Source: Flavobacteriales bacterium
GTDB taxonomy: Bacteria; Bacteroidota; Bacteroidia; Flavobacteriales_F; PHOS-HE28
Assembly: GCA_046306055.1 (NCBI GenBank)
Contig: JBKDXR010000085.1
Coordinates: 3,774 to 67,773 of the forward strand
Direction of reading: 5' to 3'
Length of the DNA stretch: 64,000 nucleotides
In this document: piece after piece, positions 8,765 through 18,442 of the stretch
How the letters are laid out: every line of letters begins with the position of its first letter
Numbering within the stretch: the first letter of the stretch is position 1
The notes under the pieces: model-generated
Seen by the model: only the letters and a program-made list of their open reading frames with translations
Databases searched by the model: none
What the model was told of the DNA's origin: nothing
Position numbers and translations under genes: made by a program

Positions 8765-9631
8765 CTACGGATTGCACACCCCGCACGCACCGGGGTCCTC
8801 GCCGGTCCTGCCATCGTCGCGGGGCGTATCAGCGGAATGGTCGCAGACACGGCACTGGCGGCGGAAGGCACGTATGCTCTGCGTGGGCCAGCCGCAACCG
8901 AGGCAGGGCAGGCCCGGCAACGCTTCGGTGATGCGGAACCAGCACGCGCCGCACGATGGGCACAGGGTGGAGAGCTCCTGCGCGAACCGTTCCGCGGTCT
9001 CGGCGATCACGGCCATGCGCGTGGGGTTCGCCATGGCACGCAGGTCGGTCTCCACCCAGCACGTGCCGTGTGTCGCGATCAGCTCTTCCGCGACCTGGTG
9101 CAACTGCTCCGCGTTCGCGATGCCCTTCACCACCCGGTCCCCGGATCGCCAGTGTTCGCGCGGACGCACCACCAGCTGATGCTCCGGGAACTGCATGCGT
9201 TCCGCGAAGGCCGACACCGCAGCGCGCGAGGTACACGCTTCGCCACCGGACACCGTTCGCAGCGACACGTGCCGCTGATGGAACACGGTGTCATCACGCG
9301 TATCCAACAGCACGAGCCACTCTTCGTTGCAGGTCACGAAGGGCGCGGGCGGGTAGGGGCCGAAGGAGCCTTCGCTGGCGATCACCAGGTCCATGCCGCT
9401 CACCTCCGCGCCGTGGCGGGCCTTGGCGATGCAGGCCGTGAGCGGGTCGGTGGTGCGCTGCACTTCGCCGCTGAAGGCCCCGAACCGATCGGTGTCCACC
9501 TCCGCGATGGCGTGGTATCCGGCCAGCGGCAGGTGTTGCAGCAGGGCAGGCCCGATCACGCGCTCCTTGCCGTGGATGGTGGCCACGCCGAGCGTGCGGC
9601 CGGCGAAGCGTGCAAGCGCCGTTGTGCCCAT
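8765..9631 (-). CDS. DUF6671-like protein with C-terminal Zn-ribbon (four CxxC pairs)
   Basis: ATIHGKERVI, DTDRFGAFSGEVQR, IASEGSFGPYP, ETDLRAMANPTRM, CPSC/CLGC/CRVC/CGVCNP. Confidence 0.8.
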   Translation of the reverse strand: MGTTALARFAGRTLGVATIHGKERVIGPALLQHLPLAGYHAIAEVDTDRFGAFSGEVQRTTDPLTACIAKARHGAEVSGMDLVIASEGSFGPYPPAPFVTCNEEWLVLLDTRDDTVFHQRHVSLRTVSGGEACTSRAAVSAFAERMQFPEHQLVVRPREHWRSGDRVVKGIANAEQLHQVAEELIATHGTCWVETDLRAMANPTRMAVIAETAERFAQELSTLCPSCGACWFRITEALPGLPCLGCGWPTQSIRAFRRQCRVCDHSADTPRDDGRTGEDPGACGVCNP

Positions 9632-9637
9632 GGCGAC

Positions 9638-11098
9638 CTATTCCCCCTGTCCCAGCGAGAAGCCGCGAACGCCGTCGAAGAGGTAGAGGTTCTCGGTCTT
9701 CACCACTTCGATGTGCGCTTTCTCCAGCAGTTGCATCAGCTGGATCACTTGCTTCGTGCCCACGGACTGGTAGGTGGCCTTGTCCATGTCCACCTCCACC
9801 TCGGGGCCCACGAAGCGGCAGCGCCAGTGGTCGGTGCAGAAGGTCTCGGGGAAGCCGTCGGGCCACACCTTCACGCCGCGGTTGGTGATGAGCTTCAGCT
9901 TCAGCATGCCGTGTGAGGCCTTCAGCAGTTTCTCGGCGAGCTCGTTCGGCGTGTGTTGCGCGTCGCACACGAACAGGTCAACGCCGCAGAGCTGGCGCTT
10001 CACCACCGGGCGCTCGTACACGTATGGAGGCATCTCGCCGCCTTTCGCATGCACGGGCTTCAATACTTCGGGCAGCATGCCCAGGCGTTCGATCACCGCA
10101 TCGGCGAACTCCTTGGTGCCGGCCTTCACCTTCGACACGCCCTCGCGGTAGATGTCCGCGGGGTGGAAGCCGTCCTCCAGCGTGCGCAGCCAGGCGTTCT
10201 GGATCAGCTCGGCCTTCTCGGGCATGCCGAGGTGCACGAGCATCATGCCCGCAGCGTTCAGCATGGCGCTGGGGTTCGCGATGTTCATGCCGGAGATGTC
10301 CGGTGCGCTGCCGTGGATGGCCTCGAACATGCTGATGCGGTCGCCGATGTTGGCGCTGCCCGCCATGCCCACACTGCCGGTGAGCTCGGCCGTTACGTCG
10401 CTGATGATGTCGCCGTACAGGTTCAGCGTCACGATCACATCGTAGCGGTCGGGACGGGTGGCCACGCGCGCCGTGCCGATGTCGATGATCTGCACCTCCT
10501 GCTGGATGCCGGGGTATTCGAGGCCCACGCGGCGGAACATGTCGGCGAACATGCCGTCGGTCACCTTCATGATGTTGTCCTTCACCAGGCAGGTCACCTT
10601 CTTGCGGCCGTTGCGGTGCGCATATTCGAAGGCGTAGCGGATGATCTTCTCGGTGCCGGGGATGCTCAGCACCTTCAGGCACTGGTACACATCGGTGGTC
10701 TGCCGGTGCTCGATGCCCGCGTACAGGTCCTCCTCGTTCTCGCGCACCACCACCACGTCCATGTCCGGGTGCTGCGTCTTCACATAGGGGTGGAAGCTGC
10801 GGCAGGGGCGCACGTTGGCATACAGCCCGAGCGTTTTGCGGATGGTGACGTTGAGGCTCTTGTACCCGCTGCCCTGCGGCGTGGTGATGGGGCCTTTGAG
10901 GAACACCGGATTGCGGCGCAGGGTGTCCCACGCCTCGGCCGGAATGCCACTGCTGTTGCCTTGCAGGTACACCTTTTCACCCACGTCGATGCGGTCGTAG
11001 GTGAGGCCGCACTGGGCGGCATCGAGAATGCGGAGCACGGCCTCGGTGATCTCGGGCCCGATGCCGTCGCCCTGCGCTACAGTGATGGTGTGGCTCAT
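9638..11098 (-). CDS. icd: NADP-dependent isocitrate dehydrogenase (long form with C-terminal extension)
   Basis: ITVAQGDGIGPEI, LKGPITTPQGSGYKSLNVTIRK, RENEEDLYAGIEH, NLYGDIISD, FEAIHGSAPDI, C-terminal FSLGQG. Start overlaps the tetR stop. Confidence 0.93.
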   Translation of the reverse strand: MSHTITVAQGDGIGPEITEAVLRILDAAQCGLTYDRIDVGEKVYLQGNSSGIPAEAWDTLRRNPVFLKGPITTPQGSGYKSLNVTIRKTLGLYANVRPCRSFHPYVKTQHPDMDVVVVRENEEDLYAGIEHRQTTDVYQCLKVLSIPGTEKIIRYAFEYAHRNGRKKVTCLVKDNIMKVTDGMFADMFRRVGLEYPGIQQEVQIIDIGTARVATRPDRYDVIVTLNLYGDIISDVTAELTGSVGMAGSANIGDRISMFEAIHGSAPDISGMNIANPSAMLNAAGMMLVHLGMPEKAELIQNAWLRTLEDGFHPADIYREGVSKVKAGTKEFADAVIERLGMLPEVLKPVHAKGGEMPPYVYERPVVKRQLCGVDLFVCDAQHTPNELAEKLLKASHGMLKLKLITNRGVKVWPDGFPETFCTDHWRCRFVGPEVEVDMDKATYQSVGTKQVIQLMQLLEKAHIEVVKTENLYLFDGVRGFSLGQGE

Positions 11099-11790
11099 TT
11101 CCGTTTTTGGGGTTGTGCGTGTTCGAGGTAGGTGATGGTGCGGTGCAGCAGGTGCTGCGCCAGCGGTTTCAGGTCCTTGCGGCTGCTCAGTTCCGTGAGC
11201 GAGGGCAGGTGTTCCATGGCGAAGGGGAGGGAGTGCGCCATCTCGATCACCGTGGTGGCGAAGGAGCGGGGCATGGGCACGTCGGCGCGGCAGGCCACCA
11301 GGCGCTCCGACACGAAGGCGCTCAGTTCCTTGTAGGGGGTGAAGAGCTTCCGCGCATTGTCGTCGTCCACGTTCTTGTGCAGGTAGCTCTTCATGCCCTC
11401 GTTGATCACCAGCAACCGCAGGGCATGGGCGTCCAGTTGCAGTTCGGGCAGTTCCTTCGGCCACACCCCGCAGATGGCCTCCACCACATGGTCCAACGCC
11501 TCGCGGGGCGTGTGCGCTTTTTCCACATGGCGGCCACACACCTGGCGCAACCACAACCAATAGAGTTGGAAGTAGTACTGGAGAAGCCGATGTTTGTTGG
11601 GGAAGTACTTGTACAGGCTCACCTCCGTACTGCCGATGTGCTCCGCCAGCTTCTTGAACGTGAACGATTCCAGTCCCAGCGTGTTCATCAGCACCAGGCC
11701 CTCGCTCACCATGGAACGCCCCAGTTCAGTGGCTTCCGGGTCCTTTAGGGACAGGTTCGGGTCGGGGCGGAGGTGGACGTGCGAGGACAT
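11095..11790 (-). CDS. TetR/AcrR family transcriptional regulator
   Basis: KDPEATELG...GLESFTFKKLAEHIGSTEVSLYKYFPNKHRLLQY HTH. Confidence 0.9.
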   Translation of the reverse strand: MSSHVHLRPDPNLSLKDPEATELGRSMVSEGLVLMNTLGLESFTFKKLAEHIGSTEVSLYKYFPNKHRLLQYYFQLYWLWLRQVCGRHVEKAHTPREALDHVVEAICGVWPKELPELQLDAHALRLLVINEGMKSYLHKNVDDDNARKLFTPYKELSAFVSERLVACRADVPMPRSFATTVIEMAHSLPFAMEHLPSLTELSSRKDLKPLAQHLLHRTITYLEHAQPQKRK

Positions 11791-11800
11791 GTTCCGGGTG

Positions 11801-11845
11801 CGAATATAGTAATACTAAACACGCGGCATTGTTTTACTAACTTTG
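11801..11845. promoter_or_regulatory. Divergent promoters with candidate TetR operator TAGTA-A-TACTA
   Basis: Palindrome at 11807-11817 and an 8/11 copy at 11829-11839 (22 bp apart). They overlap TAACTTTG (+, 11838-11845) and TATATTCG (-, 11801-11808). The only AT-rich patch in a GC-rich context. Confidence 0.7.
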
Positions 11846-11853
11846 GCCCCGCA

Positions 11854-13518
11854 ATGAACCCCATCACTCCCTGGCAACGGCTCACGCGCCTGCTCAAGGT
11901 CGACAAGCGAGAGATCGGCCACATCTACCTCTACGCGCTGGTGGGCGGCGCCATCAGCCTCAGCCTGCCGTTGGGCGTGCAGGCCATCATCAACCTGATC
12001 AGCGGCGGCCAGATGGCCACCAGCTGGGGCGTGCTCGTGGCCTTCGTCACCGTCGGGGTGGGCTTCGCGGGCGGCCTGCAGGTGATGCAGCTGGCCCTGG
12101 CCGAGAACATCCAGCAGCGCATCTTCGCACGCAGTGCCTTGGAGTTCGCGTACCGCCTGCCGCGCATCCGCTACGAGGCGGCCGGTGGGCGCTACCTGCC
12201 CGAGCTCGTCAACCGCTTCTTCGACACCATCTCGGTACAGAAGGGCCTGGCCAAATTGCTGCTGGACCTGCCGCTGGCCGTGCTGCAGATCATCCTGTGC
12301 CTCATCCTGCTCGCGGTATACCACCCGTTCTTCATCCTCTTCGGCCTGCTGCTGCTGTTGCTGCTGTTGCTCATCTTCCGCTTCACCGGCCAGCGCGGTC
12401 TGGCCACCAGCCTGGAGGAGAGCGGCTACAAGTACAAGGTGGCCTACTGGCTCGAGGAGATCGGCCGCAACCAGGACACCTTCAAGATGGTGGGCCGCAC
12501 GGACCTGCCCATCGAACGCACCGATGCGCTGGTGTCCAGTTATGTGAAGGCCCGCCAGGCGCACTTCAAGGTGCTGGTGGGGCAGTACTCCGCCCTGGTG
12601 ATCTTCAAGGTGGTCATCACGCTGGGCCTGCTGGCACTGGGCGGCCTGCTGGTGATCAACGAAGGCATGAACCTGGGCCAGTTCGTGGCCGCCGAGATCG
12701 TGATCCTGTTGCTCATCAACGCGGTGGAGAAGATCATCCTCGCCATCTCCTCCGTGTTCGATGTGCTCACGGCCCTGGAGAAGATCGGGCAGGTCACCGA
12801 CCTGGAGCTTGAGCGCACGGGCGGGCTCAGCGTGCTCTCCACCGATGGCTCGAAGGGCCTGGAGGTGCGCACGGAGGCCCTCGGTTTCCAGTCGAAGTGG
12901 AACGAACGCCCCGTGCTCGATGCGATCGATCTGCAATTGAAGGCCGGCGAGAAGGTGTGCCTGAGCGGCACCAACGGATCGGGCAAGACCACCCTGCTGC
13001 GCCTGCTGGGCGGTGGCATGGCGCCCACCGAGGGCAGCGTGATGTTCGATGGTCACCCCGCCACCAGCCTCGACCTGGAGCACCTGCGTTCCATGATCGG
13101 CGACAGCCTCAGCGACGAGGACGTGTTCTCCGGTACCGTAATGGACAACATCGCCGTGGGCCGTTCGTGGATCACCGAGAGCGAACTGATCGAGGCCTGC
13201 CAGGTCACCGGCCTCATGGAACGCCTGGCCATGCTGCCCGAAGGCCTGCTCACCAAGCTGGACCCACAGGGCGCACGCCTGCCCAAGAGCCTGGTGAAAC
13301 GCATCGTGCAGGCCCGCGCCATCGCCGGCAAGCCCCGCATGATCCTGCTGGAGGACAGCCTGCAGGACTGGGAGGTGCACGAGCGCGAACAGCTGCTGGG
13401 CTACATCACTGCGCCCGAACGGCCGTGGACCCTCCTTATTGTCAGCAACGATCCCTGGGTGCAGCAGCGTTGCACACGCACCCTCCACCTGCGCAACGGT
13501 CGCCTCGAGAACATCTGA
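11854..13518 (+). CDS. T1SS-type ABC transporter (TMD+NBD, degenerate ATPase motifs, no C39 domain)
   Basis: Six TM segments; Walker A GTNGSGKT; signature LPKSL instead of LSGGQ; Walker B ILLED. Confidence 0.9.
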   Translation: MNPITPWQRLTRLLKVDKREIGHIYLYALVGGAISLSLPLGVQAIINLISGGQMATSWGVLVAFVTVGVGFAGGLQVMQLALAENIQQRIFARSALEFAYRLPRIRYEAAGGRYLPELVNRFFDTISVQKGLAKLLLDLPLAVLQIILCLILLAVYHPFFILFGLLLLLLLLLIFRFTGQRGLATSLEESGYKYKVAYWLEEIGRNQDTFKMVGRTDLPIERTDALVSSYVKARQAHFKVLVGQYSALVIFKVVITLGLLALGGLLVINEGMNLGQFVAAEIVILLLINAVEKIILAISSVFDVLTALEKIGQVTDLELERTGGLSVLSTDGSKGLEVRTEALGFQSKWNERPVLDAIDLQLKAGEKVCLSGTNGSGKTTLLRLLGGGMAPTEGSVMFDGHPATSLDLEHLRSMIGDSLSDEDVFSGTVMDNIAVGRSWITESELIEACQVTGLMERLAMLPEGLLTKLDPQGARLPKSLVKRIVQARAIAGKPRMILLEDSLQDWEVHEREQLLGYITAPERPWTLLIVSNDPWVQQRCTRTLHLRNGRLENI

Positions 13519-13521
13519 GCC

Positions 13522-14880
13522 ATGCTTGACCTGAGCCCCCATAACTCCGTACCGGTCCTGAACCGGAGCACCTTCGGGTGTTTCCGCACCATCGGTGTCG
13601 CCCGGGCCAATGCCCTGTTCGCCAAGTGGCTCATCGCCATTTGCGCACTCGTGCTCCTCGCCCTCTTCCTGCCGTGGACCCAGAACATCCGCGCACGCGG
13701 CAGCCTCACCAGCCTCTCGCCCGACCAGCGTCCGCAGACCATCCACGCCATCATTCCCGGTAGGGTGGAGGAGTGGTTCGTGCAGGAAGGACAGTTCGTG
13801 CAGAAGGGCGACACCATCCTCCGCCTCAGCGAAGTGAAGGCCGAGTACTTCGACCCGCTGCTGTTGGAACGCACCCAGCAGCAGATCACCGCCAAGGAGC
13901 TCACCGGCCGCAGCTACGAGGAGAAGGTGCACGCCCTCGACGCGCAGATCGATGCCCTCACCGCCGGCCTGCGCATCAAGCTGGAACAGGCGCAGAACAA
14001 GATCATGCAGGCCCGCTTCAAACTGCAGAGCGACAGCATCCGCGTGGTGGCCGCCACCACCGAGATCAAGGTGGCCGACGACCAGTACGAGCGCGGCGAA
14101 CAACAGTTCAAGGAAGGCCTCATCAGCAAGGTGGAACTGGAACGACGCCAGGTGGCACAGCAACGCGCCAATGCCACCCTGATCGATGCCCGCAACAAGC
14201 TGCTCGATGCCCGCAACGAACTGCTGAACGCGCAGCTGGATGTGAACGGCATCCGCAACGACTTCCGCGACAAACTGAGCAAGGCCGAGAGCGAGAAGTT
14301 CGCCAGCATGAGCCAGATGTACACCACCGAGGGCGAGGTGAGCAAGATGCAGGTGGACCTGGCCAACTACACCGTTCGCGCCGGCAACTACTATGTGACC
14401 GCGCCGCAACAGGGCTACATCACCAAGGCCGTGGTCACCGGTCTGGGCGAGACCGTGAAGGAGGGCGACCCGCTGGTGAGCGTGATGCCCACCAGTGCCT
14501 CGCTCGCCGTGGAGCTCTACGTGCGCCCCATGGACATGCCCCTGATCACCAAGGACCAGAAGGTGCGCTTCATGTTCGATGGCTGGCCCAGCGTGGTGTT
14601 CAGCGGCTGGCCCAACAGCAGCTACGGCACCTTCGGCGGCAAGGTGGTGGCCATCGACAACTTCATCAGCCCCAACGGCCGCTACCGCATCCTGGTGGGG
14701 CCCGACAGCGCCGATGCGGCCTGGCCCACCGCCCTGCGCGTAGGCGGCGGCGCCGTGGGCTTCGCCCTGATGAGCGATGTGCCCATTTGGTACGAACTGT
14801 GGCGGCAGATCAACGGGTTCCCGCCCGACCTGTATACCGAGGCACAGGCCAACATCACCGGAACCGCGGCGAAGAAATGA
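13522..14880 (+). CDS. HlyD family membrane fusion protein
   Basis: LPWTQNIRARG, lipoyl-like half motifs (GRVEEWFVQEGQFVQKGD; VTAPQQGYI), long coiled coil. Confidence 0.92.
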   Translation: MLDLSPHNSVPVLNRSTFGCFRTIGVARANALFAKWLIAICALVLLALFLPWTQNIRARGSLTSLSPDQRPQTIHAIIPGRVEEWFVQEGQFVQKGDTILRLSEVKAEYFDPLLLERTQQQITAKELTGRSYEEKVHALDAQIDALTAGLRIKLEQAQNKIMQARFKLQSDSIRVVAATTEIKVADDQYERGEQQFKEGLISKVELERRQVAQQRANATLIDARNKLLDARNELLNAQLDVNGIRNDFRDKLSKAESEKFASMSQMYTTEGEVSKMQVDLANYTVRAGNYYVTAPQQGYITKAVVTGLGETVKEGDPLVSVMPTSASLAVELYVRPMDMPLITKDQKVRFMFDGWPSVVFSGWPNSSYGTFGGKVVAIDNFISPNGRYRILVGPDSADAAWPTALRVGGGAVGFALMSDVPIWYELWRQINGFPPDLYTEAQANITGTAAKK

Positions 14881-16289
14881 GACGCACCGGCATCACCCTG
14901 CTGTTGCTACTGTTGGTGGCCCCGCTCAGCGCGCAAGTGCCGGTGGTGCTCACCCGCGAGGCCTTCGTGCGCCTGGTGCTCGAGAACCACCCCATGGCCC
15001 GGCAGGCGGCGCTGCGCCCCGAGCTCGGCGCTATGGCGGTGCGTAGTGCGCGTGGCGGCTTCGACCCCATGGCCACCGTGGACTACGACGAGAAGCTCTA
15101 CGACGACAAGACCTACTTCCAGCTCTTCGATGCCGGCCTGAAGGTGCCCACCTGGTTCGGCGTGGAGCTCTTCGCCGGCTTCCAGGAGAACAGCGGTGAT
15201 CTGCTGGACCCGCAGGCCTTCACGCCCAGTGATGGGTTGCTGAAAGTGGGCGGACAGCTCAGTCTGGGCCAGGGCCTCTTCATCGACCAGCGCCGCGCCA
15301 CCCTGCGCCGCTCCGAGGCCTACCTGCGCGCCACGCAGGCCGAACGCATCCAGATGCTGAACGACCTGCTGTTGCAGGCCCTAAGCGACCACACCGACTG
15401 GGTGGCCGCCTACCGCGCGCTGGAGGTGAGCAACAACGCCGTTACCCTCGCCACCATCCGCCTCGATGCCATCCGCGGCAGCTGGCGCGGCGGCGACCGC
15501 GCGGCCATCGACACCCTGGAGGCCTACCTGCAGGTGCAGGACCGCCAGATGCGCCAGCAACAGGCCGACCTCGCCTTCCGCAACGCCGGCCTGCGCCTCA
15601 GCGACCACCTCTGGGACGCCGACCAACGGCCGCTGGAGCTGCAGCCCAACGTGGTACCCGAACCCACCGATCTCACCTCGCCGCTCACCTTCACGCTGGC
15701 CGATACGTCCATTGCCCGTGCCATCGATGCGCACCCGCTGCTGGCCCAGGCCTCCGCGCGCATCGAGCAGCTCGACATCGATCGTCGCTTGCGCAGCGAA
15801 TACCTCAAGCCCGAGCTCGACCTCAAGTACCAATGGCTCGGCGATGGCGGCGCGGCCAACAACGCGGAGAACGTCACCCTGCTCGGCGAAGGCTACCAGT
15901 TCGGCGTGGGCTTCAAGATGCCGCTCTTCCTGCGCCGCGAACGGGGTGAACTGTCGCTGGCCAAGTTGCGCCTCACCGATGCCTCCCTGGGCCTGGAGCG
16001 CGACCGCCTGCGCATCCGCAACCGCATCAACGCCCGCCTCAACGACATCGCCGTCTTCGGCTCGCAGGTGCAGCTGGGCGGTGAGATGGTGGTGAACAAC
16101 GAACGCCTGCTCGGCGGCGAACTGCAACGCTTCGAGGCCGGCGAGAGCTCCCTCTTTCTGGTGAACGCCCGCGAGGTGCCGCTCATCGATGCACGCATCC
16201 GCCAGGTGGACCTCGAGGCCCGCCTGCGCAAGTCCTTCTTCGCCCTTGATCATGAGGCCGGCACCCTCTGGAACGCCTGGCAACGCTAA
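14877..16289 (+). CDS. TolC family outer-membrane channel
   Basis: Signal peptide; VLENHPMARQA, RGGFDP, RFEAGESSLFLVNARE; ATGA overlap with hlyD. Confidence 0.9.
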   Translation: MRRTGITLLLLLLVAPLSAQVPVVLTREAFVRLVLENHPMARQAALRPELGAMAVRSARGGFDPMATVDYDEKLYDDKTYFQLFDAGLKVPTWFGVELFAGFQENSGDLLDPQAFTPSDGLLKVGGQLSLGQGLFIDQRRATLRRSEAYLRATQAERIQMLNDLLLQALSDHTDWVAAYRALEVSNNAVTLATIRLDAIRGSWRGGDRAAIDTLEAYLQVQDRQMRQQQADLAFRNAGLRLSDHLWDADQRPLELQPNVVPEPTDLTSPLTFTLADTSIARAIDAHPLLAQASARIEQLDIDRRLRSEYLKPELDLKYQWLGDGGAANNAENVTLLGEGYQFGVGFKMPLFLRRERGELSLAKLRLTDASLGLERDRLRIRNRINARLNDIAVFGSQVQLGGEMVVNNERLLGGELQRFEAGESSLFLVNAREVPLIDARIRQVDLEARLRKSFFALDHEAGTLWNAWQR

Positions 16290-16304
16290 CCCCCCTGAAG
16301 CCCC

Positions 16305-16619
16305 ATGATCCACGTGACCTTCCAGACCCGCACCGTGGCCGCCGCCGAACAGCTGGCCGCCCACCTGATGGAGAACCACCTGCTGCTGTTCCCCACCCTG
16401 GACACCGACCATGAGGAACTGCTCTGGCAGGACGGAAAGCTCACACGCACCAGCCAGCTGCTGTTGCAGGGCATGACCAAGGCGCTGCTGTACCGCGAAC
16501 TGGAACGCGTGGCCACGGAGCTGCTCGGCACCGACCTGGTGCGCATGCACGCCACGCCTGTGACCAACATGGACCCCGAGGCCCAGCGCCAGTTGCTGGA
16601 GCAGACCGCCAAGGTGTGA
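16305..16619 (+). CDS. Divergent CutA-like (PII-superfamily fold) small protein
   Basis: 104 aa; pattern MIHVT..AEQLAAHLMENHL...LWQDGKL...GMTK...ATPV parallels CutA1 but lacks AACVN. Confidence 0.55.
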   Translation: MIHVTFQTRTVAAAEQLAAHLMENHLLLFPTLDTDHEELLWQDGKLTRTSQLLLQGMTKALLYRELERVATELLGTDLVRMHATPVTNMDPEAQRQLLEQTAKV

Positions 16620-16624
16620 GCGCC

Positions 16625-17860
16625 ATGCACCGCCTGCTCCACCTCCTGTTCGCGCTGCTGCCGGCGCTCGCCGTGCACGCGCAGATCAACAACCGGCTGG
16701 ACGCTGTTCAACTGATCCAACAGGGCGATATGCTGCTGCGCCTGGGCAACAGCGAGCAGGCGCTGCTGCACTACACCAACGCCATCCAGATGGACATGGG
16801 CTTTGCCGATGCGTACATGAAGCGCGCCTCGCTGCTGAGCCGGCTGGGCCAGTACACGCAGGCCCTGGCCGACATGGACCGCGCGCTGGCCCTGAACCCC
16901 TACAGCGAGTACATCTACGACCGCCGCGCCAAGCTGCGCCTGCTGGTGAACGATGTGAAGGGTGCACAGGAGGACTGGTCCGTGGCCATTGCCCTGCACC
17001 CCTACGATGAGCTGGTCCGCGAGCACCGCGCCGATGCCTGGCTGGAGGTGGGCGACCTGGACCGTGCGCGCAACGAACTGGACACCCTGCTGCAGCACGA
17101 CCCGGCCGATGCCATGCTGCTGCTGAAGCGCGGCATCGTGGAACTGCAGCTCGGCAACGCACCGGCGGCAGGGGAGTGGTTCCAGCGCGCGCACCGCCAT
17201 GCACCCGGCCTGGCCCTGGTGTACTCCCTGCGCGCCGTGGCCCTCATGAAACAGCAGCGCTGGAAGGAGGCCCTGCCCCTGCTCGACACCGCCCTTACGC
17301 TCGACCCCCACTTCGACCTGGCCCACTACGACCGCGGGCTGGTGCACCTGCAGCTGGGCAACAACGCCGCCGCGCGTGCCGACATGGATGCGGCCATCCA
17401 CATCGCCCACGACAGGCCGCACGTCTTCTTCCAACGCGCCCTGGTGCGCAAGCGCGATGGCGACCTCTCCGGCGCCCGCGATGATTACGACCGCGCCATC
17501 GAACTGGCGCCCGGCTACCTGGAGGCCCAGTACAACCGCGCCTTCGTACGCAAGCACCTGGGCGACCACGCCGGTGCCTTCGCCGACGTGAAGCGCATCC
17601 TGCAACAAACGCCGGACGACCCCCAGGCCTGGACCATGAAGGGCAACCTGCACATGCTCTACGGCGAGTACACCGAGGCCATCGACCACTTCGATCGCGC
17701 CATCAGCCTCACCGCCGATAATGCCAACGCCTACTTCAACCGCGGGCTGGCCTACCACATGACCTACCGCCCCCAGCAGGGCTGCGACGATCTGCGGCGT
17801 GCTGCCGACCTGGGCTCGCCGGAAGCGGCCGATGCCATCACCTACTTCTGTGCGTTCTGA
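16625..17860 (+). CDS. Exported tetratricopeptide repeat protein
   Basis: Signal peptide; about 10 TPRs (AYMKRA, AHYDRG, AQYNRA, AYFNRG); ends GCDDLRRAADLG...C. Confidence 0.9.
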   Translation: MHRLLHLLFALLPALAVHAQINNRLDAVQLIQQGDMLLRLGNSEQALLHYTNAIQMDMGFADAYMKRASLLSRLGQYTQALADMDRALALNPYSEYIYDRRAKLRLLVNDVKGAQEDWSVAIALHPYDELVREHRADAWLEVGDLDRARNELDTLLQHDPADAMLLLKRGIVELQLGNAPAAGEWFQRAHRHAPGLALVYSLRAVALMKQQRWKEALPLLDTALTLDPHFDLAHYDRGLVHLQLGNNAAARADMDAAIHIAHDRPHVFFQRALVRKRDGDLSGARDDYDRAIELAPGYLEAQYNRAFVRKHLGDHAGAFADVKRILQQTPDDPQAWTMKGNLHMLYGEYTEAIDHFDRAISLTADNANAYFNRGLAYHMTYRPQQGCDDLRRAADLGSPEAADAITYFCAF

Positions 17861-17917
17861 TGCGCGCCGAACCCCGCACCGCCTGACCGCCCCGCGCACC
17901 GCACCAAGCACTCCCCG

Positions 17918-18433
17918 ATGGAACAACTGATCGCCGCCCACCTCCCGCAGATCCTGGAGAGCGTAGCGTGCCTGCTCGGCTACATCGCGCTGCGCCGCAT
18001 CGGCCGCTTTTTCGTGCGCAGTGCCGTGGTGCGTTCGGCCTACAAGGCCGGGGAAGAGGGCAGTGTGCTCCGCCTGCTCGACCTGCTCTTCCTGGTGGTA
18101 CTGGCGCTGGTGCTCGCCGCCATCTGGGGCATGAAGCAGAACGAGATCCTGCTCTTCGCCACCTCCGTGATCACCGTGCTCGGCGTGGCCTTCTTCGCGG
18201 AGATGTCCATCCTCTCCAACGTCACCGCCAGCGTGGTGCTCTTCTTCCAGCACCCCGTGAAAGTGGGCGACCGCATCCGCGTGCAGTTCGAGGGGCAGGA
18301 GCTCGAGGGCGAACTGGTGGACATCACCTACTTCTTCGTGTTCCTGCGTACCGACGAGGGCGGCACCATCTCGCTCCCCAACGCCGTGCTGCTCAAGAAC
18401 GCCTTCACCATCGTGGCCCCGCCCCGGCCCTGA
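17918..18433 (+). CDS. Short MscS-family mechanosensitive channel
   Basis: Three TMs; SILSNVTASVVLFFQHPVKVGDRI...GELVDI...LPN. Confidence 0.85.
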   Translation: MEQLIAAHLPQILESVACLLGYIALRRIGRFFVRSAVVRSAYKAGEEGSVLRLLDLLFLVVLALVLAAIWGMKQNEILLFATSVITVLGVAFFAEMSILSNVTASVVLFFQHPVKVGDRIRVQFEGQELEGELVDITYFFVFLRTDEGGTISLPNAVLLKNAFTIVAPPRP

Positions 18434-18442
18434 TCCCCGCCC

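Noticed and set aside
9638-11560. 640-aa IDH with long N-terminal extension (similarly 13773..16289 TolC, 38919..40316 YtxJ, 29671..31641)
   Set aside because: Extensions overlap neighbouring genes or non-coding DNA. True starts are at the family-typical N-termini (11098, 14877, 39263, 30061).
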